DNA of 63,643 nt, filler included, from Globobulimina sp. (Eukaryota), in NCBI GenBank assembly GCA_003354225.1. It is 23 parts of 23 records of this genome, joined end to end, with 100 filler letters (N's around TTAATTAATTAA, not from the genome) between each part and the next. Parts side by side here need not be neighbours in the genome. Positions count along the whole stretch, not along the records: positions 22,187 to 24,858 come from PIVH01005424.1; positions 24,959 to 27,630 come from PIVH01005425.1; positions 27,731 to 30,402 come from PIVH01005426.1; positions 30,503 to 33,174 come from PIVH01005427.1; positions 33,275 to 35,945 come from PIVH01005428.1; 18 more parts are not named here. One strand, written 5' to 3'. The notes under the pieces are model-generated. The model saw only the letters and a program-made list of their open reading frames with translations. It was not told the DNA's origin and did not search any database. Each line of letters starts with the position of its first letter. Positions within the stretch are counted from its first letter, which is position 1. Positions 23,276-36,045 of this stretch are shown here, in pieces. The translations under genes and the position numbers were made by a program.

Positions 23276-24496
23276 ATGTCATTGGAAGCAACTGCCTACG
23301 TCCAAGCTGCATTGGGATTATATTTATCGATTTTATGTTTTTATTTGCTGTATGATTATTATCAGTCGGTGTATAAATTACAAAGCAGTGCACCATCAAA
23401 AGGGCCATTCACTAGACATATTTTATGCTTATTTATCTGTTTTACAGTATTTACATTTTTATCCAGTTTCTTCATCGCCTTCCTGTACAACAATGCATTT
23501 AATTTAGTCCATCATGCATCGATTCTAAATGCATATTGTTTGACAATTATGAATATGAATATCTTTTGCTTTTATTTGCAAACAATAGCAATCTTTCTAA
23601 TTTTATCATTTTTCATACAAAACACACTTTCCATCGCAAACAGTAATAATTCAAATTACGATTTTTCAAATGCATATCACATTTATTACCGAGCAATAGC
23701 CATTGTATTAAATCTATATTCGGCCATTCATATTTGCGCTTTTATGCACAAAGAGAATATATTCACAAATACAGAATGGGCAAACTCCTCAAATTCATTT
23801 GTTTTATGTGAGTTATATGACGACGGCGCTGCGCACATTGCATTGATCGTGATTTTTGAAATTATGTTATACGCCGTCACGATAATTCCACTCATACACA
23901 GATACAAGAAATTATTGTCAGATCATAAAGATAAAAATAAAAAAGACGACAATGGATCATATATTTTTAACATTCAAATGGTAATATTTTATAGTTTAAT
24001 ACAAATCTGCATTGAAATCATTTCATTCGCGGTGTTTATCGCAGAAACACGCGTTTCTGGCTTTGTTTTGATTATGTTATCATTGATGAGGACGACTTGC
24101 ATTTATTGCATATTTAAGGAGACAAAGTCATTTCTGATGTTTTATAAATGGCCGATCGCATTTTATTTGTTGATATGGCATAAAATATCACCATTAACAG
24201 ATCCGTCGCAAATTGACCCAAATTGGAGATGGTATCATAAACAAAAGAAATCTGTGGATGCAAACAATGAAAATGCAAAGAAAACGACACGGGCATTGTC
24301 GTCAGGTGCTGTATTACCCGATTCTTGCGATAAAAATATTTATCAGATTGCGGAGAAAGAAGATATTGATATTAATGATGAGTTTAATGATGAAAATTCT
24401 GTAGCATTTAGTGGACAGAGTAATGATGCAATTATTGATCCGGCAGTGGATAAATTTATTATTGATGATTTGGATAATTTTAATTCAACAAAATGA
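23276..24496 (+). CDS. 7TM (GPCR-like) membrane protein
   Basis: 406-aa ORF with about 7 hydrophobic helices and an acidic C-terminal tail. Confidence 0.7.
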   Translation: MSLEATAYVQAALGLYLSILCFYLLYDYYQSVYKLQSSAPSKGPFTRHILCLFICFTVFTFLSSFFIAFLYNNAFNLVHHASILNAYCLTIMNMNIFCFYLQTIAIFLILSFFIQNTLSIANSNNSNYDFSNAYHIYYRAIAIVLNLYSAIHICAFMHKENIFTNTEWANSSNSFVLCELYDDGAAHIALIVIFEIMLYAVTIIPLIHRYKKLLSDHKDKNKKDDNGSYIFNIQMVIFYSLIQICIEIISFAVFIAETRVSGFVLIMLSLMRTTCIYCIFKETKSFLMFYKWPIAFYLLIWHKISPLTDPSQIDPNWRWYHKQKKSVDANNENAKKTTRALSSGAVLPDSCDKNIYQIAEKEDIDINDEFNDENSVAFSGQSNDAIIDPAVDKFIIDDLDNFNSTK

Positions 24497-24958
24497 AAAG
24501 AGTGTATTTTTGTGTTGTGTTTTGTTGTCAATCATTTTTTTTATTTCGATCATTCCTCGTTTTAGGACCTTATTTGAAATACTTTTTTACGCAACTCACT
24601 GTACTCAGTTATCTTGGTCAATGTGCAGCTGTCACACATTAAATTGTTTTACAATGCAAATTCGCACTGTCTTTCTCAACAGAAACAAACATTAAAAGTT
24701 GGTATCTATACCTCACTCAATTCAATGTCAACCAAATGTATTATTATTATAATGATCTTAAACATTCTATCAATGAGTTCCTGCAGTAACAAGAGCCGAT
24801 TAATAGGTTCAGACGATTTATTAAGTCACATCTATCAATGGCTAACATCCACGGAATTNNNNNNNNNNNNNNNNNNNNNNNNNNNNNNNNNNNNNNNNNN
24901 NNTTAATTAATTAANNNNNNNNNNNNNNNNNNNNNNNNNNNNNNNNNNNNNNNNNNNN

Positions 24959-25145
24959 TTTTTCGTTTTGTTCTTGAGTCTGGAATCGATCCTGATTTTG
25001 TTTTCTTCTTTTTTTGTGAATTTGATTTGTTTGATTTGCTTGACTTGCTTGACTTGTTAGACTTGTTCGAATGCTGTGATTTAAAACTATTACTAAGCGA
25101 TGGCTCTTCCTCTTCAATTCCCTGATAATTTTCATATGCATCCAT
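24959..25145 (-). CDS. N-terminus of a low-complexity Ser/Lys-rich protein, 3' partial
   Basis: ATG-initiated frame with SNK/SSK repeats, open to the contig end. Confidence 0.45.
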
Positions 25146-25391
25146 GATCTGAATATGTGATGGCTTACTTCCATCGTGTTCATCATAGCGATATTCCGAT
25201 TTTTCGTCAATTGAATGCTTTGCATATTGCTCGCTGTCAAATCGTTTGGTTTAAAATAAAAATAGTTTGTGACATTTTTACACATTTTTTTTTAGCATGA
25301 GAGGAAATGTCGAATTTTCACATTTGTCAATGTCTAAATAAGTATTTCCAGACAAATGCAAAACGACATTTAGTATGAAAAATGTCACAAA

Positions 25392-26673
25392 CTATGCGGA
25401 TTTTTTCTTAGGTGCTTTATAATATGATCCCGATAATGTATGTCCTTTATTATAGATACGTTTTTTATTGCTGTCGGCATCGAGATCGTCGTCATTATAA
25501 TCCGCAATGCCCAGCAATGCAGTCCTTCGTTGCACAGTTCTCCGTTTGGTTGAAGTTCGTTTTTCTTTTTTTCTGTGTTTCTCTTTCATAGAAGTCCATT
25601 CGTCGTATTTCTCCTTCATTGAATATATAAAAATAGCTAATACAATAATAAAACCAGAACCTAAGTTAATGACAAATATCAATGTGGATATACTGGTCCA
25701 TTTATTCAAAAAACCAGAACCTAAATTAACGACAAATATCGATGATACACTCGTCCATTGATCCAAAAAAGCAATATCCGGCTGACTGGAACCATGGCAT
25801 TCATCATCTATATCACAATTCCATTCCTGTTTATTATCTACACTCAATTTATCCCATTCACACTCTTGTTGATAAGCACCATTCTCATAATCACAGATTA
25901 TAGCTGATTTGCACACATTTTTGCTGCTTGAACAGGTATAGGATAAACCTATGCTATCTGCATGCAAATCATTCTCATGGATATAAATATCATTATCATT
26001 GCAATTTGTTGCTTTGCTACAATCAATAATACAGTTTTTATCATAATTATCTGCAAATGGCGGACAATAAATGTCCATATCGTTGCAAGAAGCATTGTCA
26101 CAGTGCAAATCCACTGTTATTGTTTTGTATGGTATTGTATGTATACATAAGTTAATAGAATATAGAATAGATACCAAAATTGGAAGTCTCTGCTTTGATT
26201 TGTAATGAGGAGCACTCATAGCCGCCAGCTGTATTATTGCATATCACATTGACAGTGGATTGTTGTGGTGCCTGTATGGTGACATTTTGACAACTTTCTG
26301 TGGCAGTACATAGCAGTAAGATGGTTAGATTAGGTATTACAACGTCTGTGTTATATATTATTGTTGCATGTTTACAACTTGCTGCGCCGGTGCAATGTAT
26401 TACGCATTTCGAGTTTGAGGTAGGAGGACAGATAATATTTGGTGCATTGCTTTGTGTGCGTGCACCGCATGACGAAGATGCACTGCAATATACGTTGCAA
26501 CCATCGGGATAAGGAGAATTTGTAAGCATTTGGTTACATGAAATATCATCCAAATGTGTGCTTGGATCGTGTGCATTCATTATTATGGTTTCCATTTGTC
26601 CCAAACAGATGAATGCAGTCAATTCGATGCACATTATGACGAACAGCAGTCGCATGGTTTGCAGTGAAAACAT
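25392..26673 (-). CDS. Cys-rich type I membrane/surface protein, 2 exons (intron 26114-26174)
   Basis: Signal peptide, repeated C-x4/5-SC-x5-I motifs, single TM and basic tail; 61-bp GT..AG intron joins SNF|VDLHCDN. Confidence 0.78.
25648..25766 (-). repeat. Imperfect tandem duplication of about 57-60 bp within the CDS
   Basis: Encodes FLDQWTSVSSIFVVNLGSG followed by FLNKWTSISTLIFVINLGSG. Confidence 0.8.
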
Positions 26674-26705
26674 TTTTACTGTGATGTATTTAGATTTATT
26701 TCAGC

Positions 26706-27593
26706 ATGGAGTTTTCCGGAAGAAATGGAATTCCCTATCCGTATTTTATTGTTAGTATATCATTGACACTCTTATTTTTTATCATCTCAGTGCAACAGTT
26801 ATGCCTGGCGAGATGCTATGATACTAATAAGACAATGTAGTTTAGTTTGATTAATGATACATATATAATATTTTTATTGAAAGGATAATGTTTTATATAT
26901 AGTTATCGCTTATTGACGGCAATATGGTGTTTGGCTGCTTTTATATTGAATGGAATTCAAATCTATAGCTATTACAATGTCCAAATCATGTATTTATTGA
27001 GAATTTATACCGGTGTTTCTGTGATTATTGCCATTTTTGCAACGTATGCTTTTGTTGTAACACTCGTGGACTCAATGTATCAAATCAAAGGCAAAATGAA
27101 TCCGGATCCGCCCAAATGGTTTCGACGAACATGGGACATGATATTGCTCGTTGACACATTGTCAATATTTACTCTGTACGCGATGGCATTCATTTATAAT
27201 GATTCATTATTTTTTGACATTCAATGGTGTTGTCTATGCATCACATTTTGGATTGGAACGCTTGCGACAGTTTGTGCCTTGTATAGAATCATCTATTTGT
27301 TACGCTGCACAATCCATGAAATTGAACAACACAAAAATAGTTACATTAATTACAATGGCTATGGCTCCAACAAAATCAAAAAATTAAAGAAAATGAAACA
27401 TAAATTAATGTTTCTCATCAGCTCTGCGATGGTTTTATTGATTCCGATTACGTGGCATACGATAAACATAATTATGAGAATCGTAAATATCAAATCAATT
27501 CAACATGATTTGCAAACCCAACCATACCCGACATTTCTACAATACTTTGGATTTGCCTCCTTTTTATGCATAATAAATCTCGAACTAAGCTAA
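26706..27593 (+). CDS. Multi-TM (7TM-like) protein, at least 2 exons (intron 26837-26902)
   Basis: Exon 1 MEFSGRNGIPYPYFIVSISLTLLFFII splices in frame into ORF 26913-27593; may continue past the contig end. Confidence 0.65.
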
Positions 27594-27760
27594 GTTTTGT
27601 AACAAATACACTCATAAATTCATAAATAAANNNNNNNNNNNNNNNNNNNNNNNNNNNNNNNNNNNNNNNNNNNNTTAATTAATTAANNNNNNNNNNNNNN
27701 NNNNNNNNNNNNNNNNNNNNNNNNNNNNNNTTTAAAAATGCTTTTAAGTGTGCGCGTTAC

Positions 27761-29683
27761 TTAGAAGGATTGATTGAGAATATCTATGCGTTTAATACAG
27801 GACACCACCAACTTACCAAATGCATCAATCACATCTTTTAAATCTTGTCCAAATAATGAATTTTTTAAATCTTCGGTACATTTTCCAATTACAATTTTTA
27901 TTGAAACTTCTAAAAAACGACAAATCGATTGTTGCGATGCTAAGAATTGCGTCATTTCATTATTTATGAAATCTTTATACATTTTGACTTGATTTGAATT
28001 TGATCCTTTGATAGAGAATGATTTTCGTAGTAAGTCAATGACACGAGTTTGATAATTAATATATCGGGGTCGGCTTTGTTGTGCTTGTGCTTGTGGTGTA
28101 TGCTGCTGTTGCTGTTGTTGTTGTATTTGGTGCATTTGTTGTAGCTGTTGCATAGTTTGCATATTTGAATGATGGTGCGGCTGATGGTGAAGATGCTGAT
28201 TTAATTCGTAGGCTTGTTCAGCTTCGAGTGGTTGTGGCTGTGGCTGTGGCTGTGGCTGTGACTGTGGTTGCGACGGTTGCGATGATGGTTTGTTGACATC
28301 AATTCTGGTTTGATATTGATTCAATTCGCTAAATAATTGCTGTATGGATTGATTATTAATAGTTTTATTATTATACAAGGAGAGCAATGCCCGATGTATT
28401 GATTTAAAGTCCGTTAAAGAGAACTTTCTCCCTAAAACAAAGGAACGTATTATTTGTATGGCAATTGTAATGGACAAATGATTGCCATTATTATTATTAA
28501 GAGATGTAATGATCAGCGAAGAGATATATTTATCGATATCATCCAAAACAACTAAACCATAATCTAATAATCCTAACAATATATTTTTATGTAATATATT
28601 TTCAGTTTTTTGTCTTAACCAAGACTTTGTAAATTGTTTTGGAAATAATTTATTTTTATCGCGAACCATTGCTAATATCATTAATAATGAATTTTGTAAA
28701 TTTTTGTTATGTTCAAATTGATGGATCTTTGTTATAATAAATTGTAATGTTTCTAATCTTTTATCATTATGGTCAGATAATAAATTATTTAATAAATCAG
28801 CAATCTCATTAATTATCTCGTTGTTATTGCAAACTAATTGCATTATATTACTATTTGCTGCGTTTTTTTTATTATTTCGTGGTGAATTGTTGGATTCAAA
28901 TTTATTAAACTTTTCCTGGAATTTGGTATAAATTAAATTCCATTCAGTAAATTGATGGCGACACGACGCCCTCAACATACTCCGAATGGTATCAAAATCT
29001 TCATACACTCTGCGTTGCATTCGGATATTATTTTTGTTGTATTCAATGGGATGGCTTTTTGATGAACGCGATGAAAATAATGAACCTAAATTATGTTCTA
29101 ATATTTTTGTGGCTCGATCGGCCGCCAATTTCTCTGCCATATTACAGACTAAATCCAAATTGCGATCAACAATTAATGCGATATTTAAAGAGGATATTAT
29201 TGCCATTGAAACACCCGCCTCTTTTAAACATTTCTTTATTTGTTGGACTGCCGATTGTTTGATTGGTTCGCGACATATTACCAATGTCAATGCGCCGGAC
29301 AATGTTGAAACCATTTGGTTGGCACACTTGCGGATGGCCGACGATGATATCTCAGATATGGTGTCTTTTAAAACCAATTCGCGCGAACAGATACAGGCCA
29401 CATCGATGGACCTCTCCACACAAACTGGCACAATCTCACACACACAACGATCAAAGCCATGCGCTATTATATGAAGAAAATTGTTTATATTTGATTCATT
29501 CTCCGATGCCGATGCCGATGATGTGGCGCTCGATGCGGTTGAGGTGGAGGTGGAGGTGGACGGGATCTTAACATATGACACTAAGTTTGGGATTCTTGTC
29601 TTCAATTTGCTGAAATCAATAAATGGATTGTTGCTGTTGGTGCTGTTATTATTATTGTTGAGATGGTGCTTATTATCCGATGT

Positions 29684-29714
<31 letters not shown>

Positions 29715-30402
29715 GGAGTAACTGAAACTGGTTGATGTGCATTGGAATTTATTGCAGTTAATAAGGAATGTTTGTTTTTTATTCTCTGCCGGATTATGTT
29801 TGTGGGTTCGATAGATTTCGCAGAAATGTTCAAGTGTTGGAATAATTGTTCAATCTCATAGGTCACTGCCAATTTTTCGACATAGATATGTAACTCGGCG
29901 ATAAGGGACAAAATACTCATTAGCCATGGATTTGGCGGACAAAATATGGAATTACCAATAGTGGATTCTAATATTTTCGAAACAAAGGGAATGACCACAA
30001 TTAAGCGGTTCTCTTCGTATGCAACGACAATAAGTGTGGCGAGATTTAACTTCTTTTGCAACAAAGGTTTGGTTCTGCCGATGGTGAGTTTGCCGATCCA
30101 ACTGCCCAATCCTCGCAATATCATTCTTTGTTGGGATTGTTCATCGATTGTGGATGAGGACAGTAATGAGTTTATGGCTTCGTAGGTTAAGTTTATAACA
30201 TTGTCAAATAGTTGGCGTAAACCAATATATTGCAACAATTGGATATAAATGGATTGACATTCGAAGTCCGTCGAGGATCGATGCACTAAAAGACGGCCAA
30301 ACCATTGTAACACTGTATTGTTTGACTCGATTTCATCCTTAATCTCTCGGAAGCGATTGGACCGATTCTCTTTATTCAAGGTCGATATTAAATGAATTAT
30401 TC
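27761..30402 (-). CDS. CNOT1: CCR4-NOT complex subunit 1, internal fragment
   Basis: LRGLGSWIGKLTIGRTKPL, VVIPFVSKILES, FCPPNPWLMSILSLIAELH, VERSIDVACICSRELVLKD, LTLVICREPI. Confidence 0.92.
29685..29714 (+). repeat. (TTG)10 microsatellite encoding poly-Asn in CNOT1
   Basis: Perfect trinucleotide run. A (TGTGGC)n hexamer encoding QP lies at about 28233-28268. Confidence 0.9.
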
Positions 30403-30502
30403 NNNNNNNNNNNNNNNNNNNNNNNNNNNNNNNNNNNNNNNNNNNNTTAATTAATTAANNNNNNNNNNNNNNNNNNNNNNNNNNNNNNNNNNNNNNNNNN
30501 NN

Positions 30503-32473
30503 CTTCACCAGAAGATGGACCAAACCAATAAGCAATACCTTAAAAGTATAACAAAGCAAACCAAGGCTAATCAGAAATTACTTGCTACTTTTACAGATTA
30601 CAAATCAGCTGTGACAGCTGGTACCGCAGCGGTCAAAAAGTTATATGGGGCTATGGATGAATTAGCGGGTAGAGCGTCTGTAATGGATAAGCTCCAAAAA
30701 GCTAATGTGATATCTATTGGCGCGGCAAGGGAAGCAACAAAGGGTTATATTTCGGACGTCGAATTATTAAAAGCTGCTAACACTGCCAGCGCTTTTGGTA
30801 TGAAGTTTTCAGAAGAACAATTTGGCAAATTAGCTGAAGGTGCTGCCATCGCTGCTCAAGCCATAGGCGGTGATATGAATAACTCCGTAAATGACCTTAT
30901 CAAAGGTATCGGAAGACAGTCACGTCTCATCCTCGATAATCTGGGTATAATAGTTAACTCCACGGAATCATACAAGATTTACGGGGAGGAGATTGGCAAA
31001 ACAGTAGCCCAATTGACGGACGCAGAGAAGAAACAAGCGTTCATGAATGCCGCTCTTAAAGACCTTGAAAGATTGTCATCAAATGGGGCCCTTGCTATTA
31101 ATAGCGCTGCTGAATCTTTCAAGGTGCTGAAAAATGAAATAAACAACGCAATTGACAGCATGTCAGTGGTTATTTCTAAATCAGAATTCGCGATTTCTGT
31201 ATTTGAATCATTAAAAGAAAGAATTAGAGATGTGGGATTTGCTTTCAAGTGGTGGTCAGAGATTGGACAAGATAAGGGAACTTGGACTAAGGTTTTTAAT
31301 GAACGAAAAGAGTTAATGAAGCGTTTAGCTGAATTATCTGACAATCAGAGCCATATAGCAGGGTTAAAAAGGGCGAAAGTTGAGGCCCGTATTGCAATGC
31401 TCACGCGTCAATTGCAAGATATGAGATTTCAAAAAGCAGCAAAAACTTCACAAAAGATTCATGATAATGAATTAAAGATAGCAAAAAGTATGAATTCCGG
31501 TGCTCTTAAATTATATCAAGACCACTTGGAAGAGAAAAATAAAGCTGATAAAAAAGCCGGTAGAGGTAGAAGTAGGGGTAGAAGTAGAGATAGAGAGTCA
31601 ACCCCAGTTGACTTGACCGGGGCTTTTGGATTTGGCAAAACTGACCCATCACTAATGGGTGGAGTTGACCAATCTCAAACCATAGCAAATCAAACTGCCC
31701 AAATGGAACAAGCCAAAAACATGGAGGAGCTGTATGCTAGTGCTGTTTCCGCGACTTCCACAGCCAGGGCTGAATCAAATCTAAAACTTTCTGAGGCTAT
31801 GGAAACATTGAGTACATTGTCTATGAAAACCGCTGACATGGAAAGATACAATGCTGCTTTATTGCAAGGCGCTGATGCCACTGGTAAGTTAAGCAAAGCG
31901 CAAAAAGCAATAGTAGCTGATGCAGCGGCGGCAAAGAAAGTTATAGAAGAAATGGGCGATACTATGATGAGTATCGCAGAAACAGCGGTGGTTCAATTAG
32001 GACAAGGATTATATGGAATATTAGATAGTGTAATAGCGGGTGATGAAGGAATAGGCCAAGCCATGGTTAAATTGTTAGGTCAGATTACAAAGGGATTGTC
32101 AATGCAACTTTTTGCCAAGGGTATGGCCTCAATGTTTGAAGCTAATGCATTACAAGTAACCCCTTGGACTGCTGCTGCTGCTGCTGCATTGCGTGGTAGA
32201 GCTGCGGTTTATTTAGCTGGGGCAGCTGCATTAGGAGCCATAGGGTTAGGCACAACTGCATTAGGTGGGGCAATGAGTAAAAGTAATTCGGCAAAGGAAA
32301 GGGAACAATCTGATTCCAGGGAAAGTACTTCTGCTACAGCCCCTGCCTTCGGTAAAAAAATAGATAAGAGAGACCAGCCTATCAATATTAATTTATATCT
32401 CGGAGACCACGACGACCCTTCAGCTGCTCTAATGTTGCAAAAGCAGTTGACCGCCCAAATGAGTAAGGAATAA
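30503..32473 (+). CDS. Phage tail tape measure protein, 5' partial
   Basis: Ala-rich helical 650+ aa protein, intronless, with the motif KGIGRQSRLILDNLGI..LTDAEKKQA typical of tape measure proteins. Confidence 0.85.
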   Translation, partial: LHQKMDQTNKQYLKSITKQTKANQKLLATFTDYKSAVTAGTAAVKKLYGAMDELAGRASVMDKLQKANVISIGAAREATKGYISDVELLKAANTASAFGMKFSEEQFGKLAEGAAIAAQAIGGDMNNSVNDLIKGIGRQSRLILDNLGIIVNSTESYKIYGEEIGKTVAQLTDAEKKQAFMNAALKDLERLSSNGALAINSAAESFKVLKNEINNAIDSMSVVISKSEFAISVFESLKERIRDVGFAFKWWSEIGQDKGTWTKVFNERKELMKRLAELSDNQSHIAGLKRAKVEARIAMLTRQLQDMRFQKAAKTSQKIHDNELKIAKSMNSGALKLYQDHLEEKNKADKKAGRGRSRGRSRDRESTPVDLTGAFGFGKTDPSLMGGVDQSQTIANQTAQMEQAKNMEELYASAVSATSTARAESNLKLSEAMETLSTLSMKTADMERYNAALLQGADATGKLSKAQKAIVADAAAAKKVIEEMGDTMMSIAETAVVQLGQGLYGILDSVIAGDEGIGQAMVKLLGQITKGLSMQLFAKGMASMFEANALQVTPWTAAAAAALRGRAAVYLAGAAALGAIGLGTTALGGAMSKSNSAKEREQSDSRESTSATAPAFGKKIDKRDQPININLYLGDHDDPSAALMLQKQLTAQMSKE

Positions 32474-32475
32474 TA

Positions 32476-33174
32476 ATGGTTTTACAGCAATATTTAGGAC
32501 GGTTCACAGTAGGCACTAGCGCCATTGATTTTGGGCTTAATTCTCAGGTGGGTGCAATTGATACTGGAACTTATTATATTTCTGGTTATGAAAGCGAGTC
32601 TGCAAAACAGCTTTGTGAAGAATTGCAAGACCAGATTGCGACTAAGTTTACTGGCTTTGCATCAACTAATATTTATTTAGATAGCGCCACCGGTTTGGTT
32701 AATTTTGATTTTACTACCGACGCTAACATGACTTTTGATGATACTGCCTTAGCTACTATTTTTGGTATGAATACAGCATTAGAGGGCACTGATTCTTATG
32801 TTGGCGATGCGCACCCAAGATATTACTGGGCACCTTCTAGGGTTGCTAGTTCTTACCCATTATCGTTAGAACAGTTTTGGGTACCGTCCTCAAGTACAAT
32901 GATGTATCGCTCTGAAGATGGAACCACTTTTACTATTCCTAAGAATCTCCTTTATACTTCAGCTATTGGTTATACGATGTTACAACAAGCCGAAGTCAAA
33001 ACACCAGATGATGGAACCAACTATGCAGACCTTCAGCAATTTTGGGTTGATGTGGCTCACGCAGGCCAGCTTGTTAGGGTTTATCCTGATAAGACCGTTA
33101 ATACGTCCAGTGATTATACTACCGCTTTAATTGGCACTCCTGGCGATGAGCAGCTAGGAAGTTTTCTCGATTCT
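32476..33174 (+). CDS. Phage virion protein downstream of the tape measure gene (hypothetical), 3' partial
   Basis: Starts 2 bp after the tape measure stop, preceded by an AAGGA Shine-Dalgarno; beta-rich composition. Confidence 0.65.
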
Positions 33175-33274
33175 NNNNNNNNNNNNNNNNNNNNNNNNNN
33201 NNNNNNNNNNNNNNNNNNTTAATTAATTAANNNNNNNNNNNNNNNNNNNNNNNNNNNNNNNNNNNNNNNNNNNN

Positions 33275-33959
33275 CACACTCATTAAATTCTTCTCCGGTT
33301 GGAACCCATATTGAGTCACAATGTAAACTGGTACATTGTTTACAAAATTTTTTATATTTTTCCAATTTATCACTTAATTCTTGAGCAATTTCTAGTGACT
33401 TATTTTGATCCAATTCGCAATGTAATTCATGTTTTTCTTGATTTTGTCTCAATCCTTTCCATTTACATCCTAATATGCTATATTTACAATCAACTGGTTT
33501 ATATTCACATTCTTCCATTTCATGTTGTTTTAATTTGGAAAATAGTATCTCTTTGCTGCAGCTTTCAAATCTACATTTCACTAATCGTAAACCTAATGTT
33601 CTTTCGGCAATTCTACATCGAATTGGCTTATTTCTATTCATCGAAACGCGACATAATGGACATTTGCATGGAATTAAATTTGGGTAACATGCTGGACATA
33701 TTATACAACCATTTGGACATTGGAATATTTTACAAGACGATAATTCTTTACACACACAACAATCTACACACAAATATAATTTATTTCCATTTGTATACAA
33801 TAAACATTAAAGCGAAATAAACAACATACGATATTCTGATAATTCAATGAGTTCAAATCCAGTTTTTTGTTTTTTTTTACTATTTGAATTTGAATTGTTT
33901 TTGTTCTTGTTCTTATCTGGTGATCTTGCTCTTTTTCTGCCTCTTGTTCTTGCGGTCAT
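33275..33959 (-). CDS. RING plus SINA/TRAF-type zinc-finger protein (CYHR1/SIAH-like), 3' partial (intron 33764-33829)
   Basis: CCVCKEL..IFQCPNGCIICPAC..CPLCR..CRIAER; HEMEECEYKPVDCKYSILGCKWKG..HELHC. Confidence 0.82.
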
Positions 33960-34017
33960 TTTTAGTTTTTTTTTTGAAGCTATTAAAATTGTTTTTCGTC
34001 TCCAGTAACTTTTGTTA

Positions 34018-35324
34018 ATGTCAGCATTTGTATCCAGTTTTGGCGTAGATTTAAATTCAAGCAGTTATGAGCTTCATCCATCACCAAAAGATTCAGCAGA
34101 TACTTTACAAGGTCATTATTGTTCGAAAATAAGATTTAGTGATACATTAATTTCAGATTTTGTATCAAACAATGAATGTCATTATGGCATGAAAATTGGC
34201 ACCATACAATTTATGAATGATAAGCAAGGTAAAATATCATTTAATGTGATCAATGAATCATTATCAAACTGTACATTAACAGTGACAAAAGAGGCAGATA
34301 TAAATACGGAAATATATGAGACAGAGTATGACCGAGGCTCAAATGCTATGTTTCTGCGTCGAAAAGGCTTTGTTCATTCAAAATTACTGATGAAGCACGC
34401 TTTGGCCGCTGAGTTTAGTGCGATTTTCCGTATTTATATCTCATTGACAGCATAATCCCAACACAATACATGCACACACATAATCCCAGCACCATAAAAA
34501 TACGCAATCCTGTTCCCGTCAAACGTGCGACGACAGAATTTAAAGCAGTAAAAGGGTCGCAACGATTGAATATGAAGCAAAGGTTAACTAATAAGCGGCG
34601 ATTGGACATACATTCATATCCTCCCAATAAGCGATTAAAATCAAATGTGACATTAAAGCAAGCCATTGGCGAGATTTTATTTGTGGAGCAAGCCACATTT
34701 GATAAGGTCAAAAAAATTATCTCCAGCAGAACCTCCATTAATTTATCCGGATCGGCAAATAACGCCTCATTCAAATCGAAGTTACATGAAATGGCCGATT
34801 ATTATGAGAAGGATCAATGTTATTATCTAAAAAAGGAATATTATAAAGATGTACATTGGGGGAACAGTTGCGTGCTGACACAATCTGAAAAGGATAAAAT
34901 CAACAATCGGGCAAATAAGACAAATTCAAGGACAGCAAAAGCAAAAACAAGAAAGGATCTGATAAAAGATGAGGAGATGAAAGAAAGCGAGAGGTTTGAG
35001 ATGGAATACGGTGTAATAAATAATGGCAGCACATATACAAAATATGATGAAATATATCAAAAGAAATTTAGTCAAAGGAGTACGTATTTGAAATCTGTGA
35101 ATGAGAATTCGTCATATTTTAAGAAAATGAGAGCGTTGATCAAAGCTGAAAATGAGGCTGATAAAAAACAAAAAATGAAACAGGAATTTCGACAGATTTT
35201 TGAGGCCCGAAAACAAGGAATAAAAGATATGAACAGAATTGCAGAAGCATTGCGAATTGAATTAAGTGTAATAAAAAATAGAATTAATAATTATGTTAAA
35301 GAACAACAAAAGCTGCAACAGTGA
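34018..35324 (+). CDS. ELL: RNA polymerase II elongation factor ELL-like (intron 34413-34489)
   Basis: YYLKKEYYKDVHW (ELL middle domain) and an occludin/ELL C-terminus FEMEYGVINNGSTYTKYDEIY..LSVIKNRINNY. Confidence 0.65.
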
Positions 35325-36045
35325 TAATTAATTCTCTATTTTCATTATACACATACATAACATTGTACTAACACGAACATCACATTATTAGGCATTCAAT
35401 GTAAAACCAAAAAACGTTTTTAATTAATTTAGTGTTTTTTTGGCATTTTGGGAAATGAACCAGTTTCTGTTCGTAATTCCGAGTTTCAATTCCTTGAATA
35501 ATCAATCCGTGATCCAATATACAAGGCTGATTATTTGTTTTTCTATTAATGAACTTGAAATGCTTTCCCATGGCAGGGTTTATTTACAAAACAAATCTCT
35601 TCCTCTCAAATTGAGCAAAATACACGCCATTATTCATTTGCATGTGATCGTCAATCAATGTTAATTTAATATATATGGTTTACTGTCTATTTACAAACAA
35701 TAACTCAGAATACTCTGTGATATATTATGTCAATGATTGGTCATAATCAATTATTTAACAGACAAAAGTTACGACAACACGATGCCAGTCAAGAATCACA
35801 AGCTCCAAAAGACATTTCCGGCATGTAACTACGACCAGGTTTTATGCAAAACTGCTCAAAGAAACTGGTTAAAAAAACAACACAAAATTTGGATGAAACA
35901 ACGAAGTGAAGAAAAATTAAAGAAAATAGATCATGAACAGAATCGNNNNNNNNNNNNNNNNNNNNNNNNNNNNNNNNNNNNNNNNNNNNTTAATTAATTA
36001 ANNNNNNNNNNNNNNNNNNNNNNNNNNNNNNNNNNNNNNNNNNNN

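Noticed and set aside
35325-35945. Short ORFs after ELL
   Set aside because: No recognisable motif; at most an N-terminal fragment from about 35782, too weak to call.
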